This document shows positions 29,317 through 36,991 of a stretch of 64,000 bases of DNA, one piece after another (within the stretch, counting starts at the first letter, position 1; every line of letters starts with the position of its first letter). A program made the position numbers and the translations under genes. The notes beneath the pieces were generated by a model that saw only the letters and a program-made list of their open reading frames with translations, had not been told where the DNA came from and did not search any database. The DNA lies in assembly GCA_017551865.1 (NCBI GenBank), contig JAFZKB010000020.1, positions 86,818 through 150,817 on the forward strand. Reading direction: 5' to 3'. The DNA is from Clostridiales bacterium (GTDB lineage Bacteria > Bacillota > Clostridia > Saccharofermentanales > Saccharofermentanaceae).

Positions 29317-30452
29317 ACCAGACAAGTAGGATCCTTTCCACATACAGTGCCGATGCATTCGGCGTCGCCTCTTCTCTCTTTGAGCTCGGCGGCATGGTGA
29401 TCATCCACGACGCTTCGGGATGTAACTCCACCTATACGACCCACGATGAGCCCCGCTGGTACGATATGGACAGCATGCTCTTTGTCTCCGCGATTTCCGA
29501 GATGGAGGCGATCATGGGCGATGATGAAAAACTCATCTCCGATATTGTCACGGAAGCCCGTAAATTCCACCCGCGATTCATCGCGATCGCAGGTACGCCA
29601 ATCCCTGCCATGACAGGTTTTGACGGTCCGAGTGTGGCGATGCAGATCGAAAATCTGACCGGTATCCCTTCCTTCGGATTCAACACGACCGGCATGAAGA
29701 CCTATGTCTCCGGCGCCGCGATGGCCCTTCGGGATCTGGCCGCGCGCTTCGTCCGAAAAGACATCACTCCGAAAAGGGACCACTATATCAATGTTCTGGG
29801 CGCGACTCCTCTCGATTTTTCCACAAACGGACAGATCGAGAGCATCGTAAAACTCCTTACCGGTCACGGCTGGAAGGTCAACTGCACCTACGCCATGAAC
29901 ACGACTTTCGAAGCCGTAGAAAACATGGGGTGTGCCGATGTAAACCTCGTTATCTCAAGTACCGGAAGAGACACTGCCGAGTTTCTGAAAGACACTTTCG
30001 GAACACCTTTTCTTGAAGCTGTGCCTTATGGAAAAGAATTCAGCAGGAAAGTCCTCTCTTCTCTCGAAAAGCTCTATAACGGAGAAGGAACGGATCTTTT
30101 CGAAACTAAGGATGCGCCTTCTGACGGGTGTTTTCTCATCGGTGAAGAGATCGCCGCTCTTTCGCTTTCGGAAGCGCTGCTTCTTGAAACAGGACGCTCT
30201 TTCCGCATCTTATGTCCCACAAACGATGGACCTCTCCTTCGTTCCACTGACCGCTACACGCCTTACGAAGACGATATCGTTGATGCTTTGTCCGGCGCGG
30301 AAACGGTCATCTGCGACCCCACCTACCGGAATATCCTGACCGATAAGGCCCGTGCCATCGACTGGCCGCACGAAGCCTGCTCGGGAAGGATCTACCGTAA
30401 ATATATTCCCAACTTGATCGGCGATATCTCGGATATCTCCGAAAAACTGTAA
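29313..30452 (+). CDS. Nitrogenase component-1-type oxidoreductase, beta/NifK-NifN-BchB-like subunit (379 aa)
   Basis: It overlaps the previous gene by 4 nt. The N-terminus is YSADAFGVASSLFELGGMVIIHDASGCNSTYTTHDEPRWY, followed by FIAIAGTPIPAMTGFD. There is only one Cys (about C37) in the first ~110 aa. Confidence 0.65.
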   Translation: MNQTSRILSTYSADAFGVASSLFELGGMVIIHDASGCNSTYTTHDEPRWYDMDSMLFVSAISEMEAIMGDDEKLISDIVTEARKFHPRFIAIAGTPIPAMTGFDGPSVAMQIENLTGIPSFGFNTTGMKTYVSGAAMALRDLAARFVRKDITPKRDHYINVLGATPLDFSTNGQIESIVKLLTGHGWKVNCTYAMNTTFEAVENMGCADVNLVISSTGRDTAEFLKDTFGTPFLEAVPYGKEFSRKVLSSLEKLYNGEGTDLFETKDAPSDGCFLIGEEIAALSLSEALLLETGRSFRILCPTNDGPLLRSTDRYTPYEDDIVDALSGAETVICDPTYRNILTDKARAIDWPHEACSGRIYRKYIPNLIGDISDISEKL

Positions 30453-30470
30453 GAAAAGAAGGTAATTGAA

Positions 30471-31595
30471 ATGAACAAAAAACGCATTCTCTCTCTGATC
30501 GTAACGGTCGTCATGGTCATGTCCTTCGGGCAGTCCATGGGCTGTAAGGCAAAATCAAAGAAAGATTCTTCGGGAACCCACGTGGTCACGGACCATAACG
30601 GCAATCAGGTAGAGGTCAAAAATCAGATCGACCGAATCGTCGTCTGTGACATCCTCCCGCTCCCTTCCGTCCTGACCGTATTCTTTGACTCAGGTAAGAA
30701 GATCGTCGGCATGAACGAAGCCAGCATGATCGCTGCCAAAAACGGTCTTCTCGGCCAGCTCTATCCCGAGATCCTTGAGGCTTCCACATCCTTTATGGAC
30801 GGATCGAACGTCAATATCGAAGAACTCACAAAGCTTCAGCCGGATATCGTCTTTTACAGCGGATCGAATAAAGAACTCGGAGAACAGCTGAGAAACAGCG
30901 GTTTTTCAGCGATCGGTATTTCCGTTAATAAATGGAACTATAACACGATCGAGACTTTGAACAACTGGTTTTCTCTTTTAGGCGAGATCTTCCAGGAGAA
31001 CGATAAGGCTGAGAAAGTTGCCAAGAGAAGCAACGAGATCTATAAGCTCGTGCAGGAACGCGTCAACAGCATTCCGCAGGATCAAAAACAGCGTGTCTTC
31101 TTCCTGTTTCAGGTCAACGAGACGAATATCACGACATCCGGAAAACTCTTTTTCGGACAGTTCTGGGCCGAGGCCATAGGTGCCGTAAACGTCGGCGAGG
31201 AACTGACGACAGATAACTCTGTGGCAGTAAATATCGAGCAGGTCTATACGTGGAATCCGACATTGATCTTCATCACGAATTTCAATCAGGCTTATCCGGA
31301 AGATCTTTACGGAAATACCATCGGCAACTATGACTGGAGTGAGATCGACGCCGTCAAGAACAAAAACGTCTTTAAGATGCCGTTAGGAATGTATAGAAGC
31401 TATACCCCGGGCGCCGATACCCCGATCACGCTCCTTTACCTCGCAAAATGCGCTTATCCGGATCTTTTCGCGGATATCGACATCACGGCCGAAGCGAAAA
31501 GTTACTACAAGGATCTGTTCGGGATCGATCTTACGGATGAACAGATAAACGGCATCTTTAATCCGGATGCCGCCTCTGGTAATGTGTATATCTGA
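30471..31595 (+). CDS. Periplasmic-binding-protein-type (cluster A/class III, FhuD/BtuF-like) substrate-binding lipoprotein
   Basis: It has a signal peptide ending in GQSMGC, a loose lipobox. RIVVCDILPLPSVL, PDIVFYSGS and WNPTLIFITN are typical of iron-chelate/B12 SBPs. Confidence 0.75.
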   Translation: MNKKRILSLIVTVVMVMSFGQSMGCKAKSKKDSSGTHVVTDHNGNQVEVKNQIDRIVVCDILPLPSVLTVFFDSGKKIVGMNEASMIAAKNGLLGQLYPEILEASTSFMDGSNVNIEELTKLQPDIVFYSGSNKELGEQLRNSGFSAIGISVNKWNYNTIETLNNWFSLLGEIFQENDKAEKVAKRSNEIYKLVQERVNSIPQDQKQRVFFLFQVNETNITTSGKLFFGQFWAEAIGAVNVGEELTTDNSVAVNIEQVYTWNPTLIFITNFNQAYPEDLYGNTIGNYDWSEIDAVKNKNVFKMPLGMYRSYTPGADTPITLLYLAKCAYPDLFADIDITAEAKSYYKDLFGIDLTDEQINGIFNPDAASGNVYI

Positions 31596-31610
31596 TAGCT
31601 GTTTAATGGA

Positions 31611-32816
31611 TCACTCGTGTTCCATGCGCCAGTCGATGCAGCGCTGCAGATAATGGACATAGTCCGGATTCTTGCACATGCCTTTACCATCCACATCAGA
31701 TATCATCGCCACATCCTGACCGTTGCACAGCGTCGTCTTCATGACGATGTTCAAAGCAGGCATATGCGTATCGTTTGCAATATATGTACCGATACCGAAA
31801 GCCACTTTGGCACGGCTCTGGAAGTGGCGATATATTTTGTCCGCTTTTTCGAAATTCAGGCTGTCTGAGAAAAGAAGCGTCTTCGTAGTTGCATCGATCC
31901 CGAGGGAGTTATAGTGGGATATCATCTTCTCTCCCCACTCGATCGGATCTCCAGAGTCATGACGCACGCCCGAAAAGAGCGTGGAATATGTCAGCTGGAA
32001 GTCACGAAGGAAGCAGTCTGTCGTGATCGCATCGGTAAGCGCAGTACCATTTAAGACGCCATATTCATCTACCCAGGCGCGAAGCGCATACCAGTTCGAA
32101 TAAGCCGGGTTATGCTTGTGATCGCCCTGGCCAACGCACATGATCCATTCATGCGCCATCGTACCGACCGGTGTCAGATTATACTTCTTTGCCAGGAACA
32201 CATTCGATGTACCGACAAACTTACTGTCCGCAAGATCCGCTGCCGCGAGCGCGCGAACGGCCATTTCCTGTGCCTCAGCCGACAAACGGCGTCGCATGCC
32301 GAATTCACTGAAGGAAGAAATGCAGTATTTTCCGCTTTGGAGCCATCCGATCTTCTCGTTAAGACGCTCTTCAAAGCTCTTAATGAGATCGTCATAGTCA
32401 TAGGCCATGCGGAAATATACTTCATTTACGATCGCCAGTGTCGGGATCTCGTACATCGAAGTATTGAGCCAGGTTCCGCGTGTCTCGATCGAAAGGCCGC
32501 ATTCTGCATCAGTCGTGATGTCAAAGTCCTCATATCTCGGCTTCCACAGTCTAAGGAAATCGATATAGGAGCCCTTGATCCACTTAATGTCATCCAGGTA
32601 TTGAAGTTCTTCTTCCGTAAACTGCAGTTCGCAGTAAGCGCGGATCTGGTCTTTGATCTCTTCGATCATTTCGGATGTAAACTTGACGTCCTTATTTCTG
32701 CAGCGGAATGTCCAGGTAGTCTTATACGACGGGAACTGGTGATAGATCGCCTGCCCCATGGAAAACTTATACATATCCGTCTCAAGGAGACTTCTGATGA
32801 TTCGATGAAGTTTCAT
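31611..32816 (-). CDS. pncB: Nicotinate phosphoribosyltransferase
   Basis: SLLETDMYKFSMGQAIYHQFP and GTMAHEW are present. The start is the ATG at 32816 after GGAGG, 2 nt past the pncA stop. Confidence 0.85.
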   Translation of the reverse strand: MKLHRIIRSLLETDMYKFSMGQAIYHQFPSYKTTWTFRCRNKDVKFTSEMIEEIKDQIRAYCELQFTEEELQYLDDIKWIKGSYIDFLRLWKPRYEDFDITTDAECGLSIETRGTWLNTSMYEIPTLAIVNEVYFRMAYDYDDLIKSFEERLNEKIGWLQSGKYCISSFSEFGMRRRLSAEAQEMAVRALAAADLADSKFVGTSNVFLAKKYNLTPVGTMAHEWIMCVGQGDHKHNPAYSNWYALRAWVDEYGVLNGTALTDAITTDCFLRDFQLTYSTLFSGVRHDSGDPIEWGEKMISHYNSLGIDATTKTLLFSDSLNFEKADKIYRHFQSRAKVAFGIGTYIANDTHMPALNIVMKTTLCNGQDVAMISDVDGKGMCKNPDYVHYLQRCIDWRMEHE

Positions 32817-32817
32817 A

Positions 32818-33360
32818 TTATGCTTTCCTCCAAGGTTCTTTTCCCTCATGGGCAATATCGATCTGACAGCACTTCATGGTAAGAAGCGAAGCTTCGTGGG
32901 AGGCCGGAGATACGCCGGCACAGCAGGCTGCATCGACGATGATATCTCTTTCCGGGAAGAGGTTTTTGATCGTAAGCGCATTAGATACCACGCAGATATC
33001 CGTGCAAAGTCCGATCAGTTCGACCGGATCGGTATCTCCCTTTAGGAGTGGCTTCCAGCCGGTAAACCCGAATGAAGGCTTTTCGATCACAAGTGCATCA
33101 GGTGCGGCATTACGGATCTTTTCAGGTATCATCCAGCCCTCGGAACCCTTGATACAGTGCGGAACAGGAAGATACTTGCCTTCCCTGGTCTTCATATAAT
33201 TCTTCTTATGCGTGTCCTGCGTATAGATCACGCGATCTCCGTTCTTGACATAGGTCTTGATCTTTTTGACCACGTTACTTACGATCTTCGTTGCTTCCTT
33301 GGAGCCCAAAGCCCCGTCAATAAAGTCTTTCTGCATATCTACGACAATAAGTGTTTTCAT
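32818..33360 (-). CDS. pncA: Nicotinamidase / isochorismatase-family hydrolase
   Basis: It has LIVVDMQKDFIDGALG and the catalytic Cys segment GLCTDICV. The start is the ATG at 33360 after AGGAGG. Confidence 0.8.
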   Translation of the reverse strand: MKTLIVVDMQKDFIDGALGSKEATKIVSNVVKKIKTYVKNGDRVIYTQDTHKKNYMKTREGKYLPVPHCIKGSEGWMIPEKIRNAAPDALVIEKPSFGFTGWKPLLKGDTDPVELIGLCTDICVVSNALTIKNLFPERDIIVDAACCAGVSPASHEASLLTMKCCQIDIAHEGKEPWRKA

Positions 33361-33411
33361 AAGATGACCTCCTGTCATAACTGATATCTGCATTATAAAT
33401 CAATTTTGAAG

Positions 33412-33450
33412 AAAAAAGAAAGACTCCCGCTAGTATAGGAGTCTTTCTTT
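33412..33450 (-). terminator. Rho-independent terminator after tRNA-Arg
   Basis: It has a 13-bp stem, AAAGAAAGACTCC / GGAGTCTTTCTTT. The minus-strand reading ends in a T-run. Confidence 0.55.
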
Positions 33451-33453
33451 TAC

Positions 33454-33530
33454 TGGCGTCCACGAGAGGATTCGAACCTCCGGCCTGCCGCTTAGGAGGC
33501 GGCCGCTCTATCCTGCTGAGCTACGAGGAC
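33454..33530 (-). tRNA. tRNA-Arg (anticodon CCT), CCA encoded
   Basis: In the reverse complement the D-arm is GCTC-AGCAGGATA-GAGC, the anticodon arm is GCCGC-CTCCTAA-GCGGC, and the T-arm is GGAGG-TTCGAAT-CCTCT. The acceptor stem has one U-U mismatch. Confidence 0.85.
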
Positions 33531-33563
33531 ATATGAAAACGGAATCAGATCCGTTTTCTTCTA

Positions 33564-34886
33564 TTACTTAAGACGCATCATCGTCTTTTTCGTCTCTTCC
33601 TTCACCTTCTCAAGATCGATCGTCTTCAGTTCATGCTTATAAAGCACGAAGTTACCATCGATCATGACGGATTCCACACACTTCGGTCCGCAGGAATAGA
33701 CCAGCGAAGAGACCGGATTTCCGAGAGGCCACATCTGCGGGCAATCGTAGTCAATGATCTGAATATCCGCGCGATAGCCTTTATCTATAATACCACAATC
33801 TTCAAAACCGCAAGCGAGATATCCGTTTCTCGTCGCCATCGTGAAGACTTCCGATGCCGAAAGAAGCGTCGGATCACAGGTGGATCCCTTGGCGATAAAC
33901 GAAGCAAGCTTCATCTCCTGGAACATATCCTGATTATTGTTGCTTGCCGCTCCATCGGTTCCGAGGCAGAGCCTTACCCCTGCTTTCTGCATTTTGAAAA
34001 GATCCGCAAGTCCGGATGCGAGCTTCATATTACTTGACGGGTTATGGGCGACCCATACCTTACGGTCGGAAAGGATCATCCTGTCCTGATCATCGAGATG
34101 CACGCAGTGAGCGGCAACTGTCGTATCGCAAAGGAGTCCCGCTTCGTCGAGCTTTACGACAGGAGATACACCATAGCTCTTAACACAGTTTTCGATCTCG
34201 GTCTTCGTCTCGGAGATATGGACACTTACCGGAAGATCGAATTCCTTCGCCACTTCGGAAAGAGGCTTATAGAACTCTTCCGGATAAAGATAGATCGAAT
34301 GCACCAGAAGGCTCGGCTTAATAAGTTCCGTATTCTGTTCCTTAATGAAAGCCAGAAAATCCTCGACATTTTTACGATCGACACTCCAGACGCCGTCCTT
34401 AAAGGTCTTTCCCATAACGGTCTGCTGGACACGGAATCCCGTCTCAATAGCGCCTTTGGCAATCTCGATCTGACCATCGTACATATTTGCAGCACAGGCT
34501 GTTCCGCCTTCGATCATCTCAGCCAGAGTCAGAAGATTTCCATAGTAGAAATCTCCGGAGATCATCTTATCTTCTCTCGGGATGATCTCTCCGAAGAGCC
34601 AGTCCTGAAGAGATGTATCATCGGCGATGTTCCGGAAAATAGACATCGGAGTATGCGCATGGGCATTGGCAAATGTCGGACAGAGGATCTTGTTCTTTCC
34701 TTCATAGACGAACCAGACCTCAGCACCCGAAGCTTTTAAAGCAACTTCCGCCTCTTCTTTCGAAGTGCCCACATAGACGATATGACTTCTGAAAACGGAG
34801 CAGTAGCCGTTTTCGATAACAGATACCGGGGAATCATCATGCGGGGTAACGATGGTGAACCCGGAAAATAAAACGGACTTACTCAT
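33564..34886 (-). CDS. mtaD: Amidohydrolase-superfamily MTA/SAH (5'-deoxyadenosine) deaminase
   Basis: It has the HAHTPMS metal motif, the later HSIY and HCVHL segments, and NPSSNMKLASG. This is the MtaD/DadD/Tm0936-type pattern. Confidence 0.75.
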   Translation of the reverse strand: MSKSVLFSGFTIVTPHDDSPVSVIENGYCSVFRSHIVYVGTSKEEAEVALKASGAEVWFVYEGKNKILCPTFANAHAHTPMSIFRNIADDTSLQDWLFGEIIPREDKMISGDFYYGNLLTLAEMIEGGTACAANMYDGQIEIAKGAIETGFRVQQTVMGKTFKDGVWSVDRKNVEDFLAFIKEQNTELIKPSLLVHSIYLYPEEFYKPLSEVAKEFDLPVSVHISETKTEIENCVKSYGVSPVVKLDEAGLLCDTTVAAHCVHLDDQDRMILSDRKVWVAHNPSSNMKLASGLADLFKMQKAGVRLCLGTDGAASNNNQDMFQEMKLASFIAKGSTCDPTLLSASEVFTMATRNGYLACGFEDCGIIDKGYRADIQIIDYDCPQMWPLGNPVSSLVYSCGPKCVESVMIDGNFVLYKHELKTIDLEKVKEETKKTMMRLK

Positions 34887-34889
34887 AAA

Positions 34890-36155
34890 TCACTCCTCCA
34901 GATCCCAGGAATGAATGTATCTGTCCTGTTCCGGTGTAAGCTTATCGATGGAATACCCCTTCGACTTTAAGAGGAACTCACCGACACGGTCATCGATGAC
35001 GACCGGAGTATCATATACATGCTTGGCCAGGTCTTTTCCATGCTCGGCAATATATCTGGCGCTCTGGGCCTGAAGGGCAAAACTCATATCCATGATCTCT
35101 ACAGGATGTCCGTCTCCGCTGGCAAGGTTGACCAGACGGCCTTCGGCGAGGATACAGATCGTTCTTCCGTCCTCCATGACGAATCCCTCGATATTTTTCC
35201 TTAATTCTTTTCTTTCTTTTGCCATTTCCGCAAGCTGAACGAGATTGATCTCGACGTCAAAATGGCCGGCATTACAGCAGATCGCGCCATCCTTCATCTT
35301 CTCAAAGTGCTGCTTCGTGATGACGTCCTTACAGCCGGTCACCGTCACGAAAACATCTCCTAACGGAGCTGCTTCATCCATGGTCATGACATCGTAGCCT
35401 TCCATAATAGCTTCGCAGGCTTTTACAGAATCGATCTCGGTCACGATGACACGGGCACCCATCCCCTTGGCACGAAGAGCTACACCCTTACCGCACATAC
35501 CGAAACCGGCAACAACAACATATTTACCGGCAACAATCAGGTTCGTCGTCGCCATAATAGCGGTCCATACAGATTGACCGGTACCGAAACGGTTATCGAA
35601 AAGGTGCTTACAGCGTGCATCGTTTACGGCGATGACCGGATAAGCGAGTCTTCCCTCTTCTTCCAGGATCTTGAGTCTGTGAACACCTGTAGTCGTCTCT
35701 TCACATGCACCGAGCATGCCGGAAACAAGATGCTGATGCGTAGAGTGCAAAAGCATAGCGAGGTCGCCGCCGTCATCGATCACGATGTCCGGGCCGAAAG
35801 CGAGCGTCATTTCGAGGTGTCTTCTGTATGTCTCCGGATCTGCGCCATGGATACAGTAAACCTTCATTCCGCGCTCAACTAGAGCAGCAGCCACGTCGTC
35901 CTGCGTGGAAAGCGGATTACATCCTGTAAGTGCCACATCTGCGCCACCTTCGCGAAGAACGAGCGCAAGATTTGCAGTCTTTGCTTCAACATGAACGCTG
36001 ACAGAGATCTTTAATCCCTCAAACGGACGTGTTTCTTTTAATTCTTTCTCGATAATACGAAGAACGGGCATATTCCTATATGCCCAATCGATCTTATGAT
36101 GTCCTTCCGGCGCCAAAGCGATGTCTTTGATTTCATAGCGAGGTAAATCACTCAT
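34890..36155 (-). CDS. ahcY: Adenosylhomocysteinase-family hydrolase, short archaeal/Thermotoga-type (421 aa)
   Basis: The motifs are IDWAYRNMPVL, GCNPLSTQDDVAAAL, EETTTGVHRL, DNRFGTGQS and the NAD-binding GFGMCGKGVA. Confidence 0.85.
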   Translation of the reverse strand: MSDLPRYEIKDIALAPEGHHKIDWAYRNMPVLRIIEKELKETRPFEGLKISVSVHVEAKTANLALVLREGGADVALTGCNPLSTQDDVAAALVERGMKVYCIHGADPETYRRHLEMTLAFGPDIVIDDGGDLAMLLHSTHQHLVSGMLGACEETTTGVHRLKILEEEGRLAYPVIAVNDARCKHLFDNRFGTGQSVWTAIMATTNLIVAGKYVVVAGFGMCGKGVALRAKGMGARVIVTEIDSVKACEAIMEGYDVMTMDEAAPLGDVFVTVTGCKDVITKQHFEKMKDGAICCNAGHFDVEINLVQLAEMAKERKELRKNIEGFVMEDGRTICILAEGRLVNLASGDGHPVEIMDMSFALQAQSARYIAEHGKDLAKHVYDTPVVIDDRVGEFLLKSKGYSIDKLTPEQDRYIHSWDLEE

Positions 36156-36166
36156 AAAAAGCCTCC

Positions 36167-36991
36167 TTACAATTTGGAGAAGAACTTCTCCATTAAAGCA
36201 ATACTGTTTTTCGAGGAAGCATTCGCATTCTTCATGACTTCCTCATGGGAAAGCGGCTGCCCGGATATACCGGCCGCAAAATTGGTAATGCAGGAAACTG
36301 CAAGTATTTTCAGGCCACTATGACTGCCGGCGATCGCTTCCGCTACCGTGGACATACCAACGGCATCGGCTCCGAGCACGGAAAGTGCACGTATCTCGGC
36401 AGGTGTCTCATACTGGGGACCTCGGGTATAGGCGTATACACCCTCATGAAGAGGAATGTGAAGTTCGGAAGCAGATTCCTTTAAAAGATCACGTAAACCC
36501 TTGTCATAGACACTGGTCTGATCCGGGAAACGCGGGCCAAACTCATCCAGATTCCCACCTCGAAGCGGAGAATCACAGAAAAGACCGATATGATCGGTGA
36601 TCACCATAAGCTCCGATGGGTTCATGTTTTTATTGATCCCGCCGGCGGCATTGGTCATGATGAGATTCTTCACACCGAGTTTAGCCATGACGCGTACATA
36701 GAATGTCGCTTCCTGTGTAGAATAACCTTCGTAATAATGGAAACGTCCCTTCATGATGAATGTCAGTCTATTTGAAAGACGTGCCACCAGAAGCTTACCG
36801 TCATGTCCCGCGACAGTCGTCTTCGGGAAATGCGGGATCGCTTCATAGGGGATCTCTTTGATCGTCTCCACGCGCTCGGTCAAAGGACCAAGTCCCGACC
36901 CAAGCACAAGACAGGTATCCGGAATCTCGGATACCTGTGTCTTGATAAATTCAGATGCCTCAAGGATGTCTTTAATGTAAGGCTCAGTCAT
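36167..36991 (-). CDS. Purine nucleoside phosphorylase, trimeric PNP/MTAP family
   Basis: The motifs are LVLGSGLG, GRFHYYEGY, NAAGG and GMSTVAEAI. The start is the ATG at 36991 (MTEPYIK), which overlaps the secA stop by 8 nt. The longer ORF-track N-terminus is a frame-shadow of secA. Confidence 0.8.
   Translation of the reverse strand: MTEPYIKDILEASEFIKTQVSEIPDTCLVLGSGLGPLTERVETIKEIPYEAIPHFPKTTVAGHDGKLLVARLSNRLTFIMKGRFHYYEGYSTQEATFYVRVMAKLGVKNLIMTNAAGGINKNMNPSELMVITDHIGLFCDSPLRGGNLDEFGPRFPDQTSVYDKGLRDLLKESASELHIPLHEGVYAYTRGPQYETPAEIRALSVLGADAVGMSTVAEAIAGSHSGLKILAVSCITNFAAGISGQPLSHEEVMKNANASSKNSIALMEKFFSKL

Noticed and set aside
27220-30452. Could this be a genuine nitrogen-fixation nifHDK (or anf/vnf) cluster?
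   Set aside because: The D-like (441 aa) and K-like (379 aa) proteins are too short. I see no HCxRS-type FeMo-co Cys motif and no full set of P-cluster Cys in the K-like subunit. There are no nifB, nifE, nifN or nifV genes, nor a G subunit gene, anywhere in the window. The flanking genes are an ABC importer.
24685-33453. Genomic island bounded by tRNA-Thr (24610-24684) and tRNA-Arg (33454-33530), carrying the nitrogenase-like operon
   Set aside because: There is no integrase, recombinase or transposase. I found no direct repeat of either tRNA 3' end at the opposite boundary. No obvious composition change is visible by eye. pncB and pncA inside the interval are ordinary housekeeping genes. 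Horizontal transfer cannot be excluded without compositional and comparative analysis.
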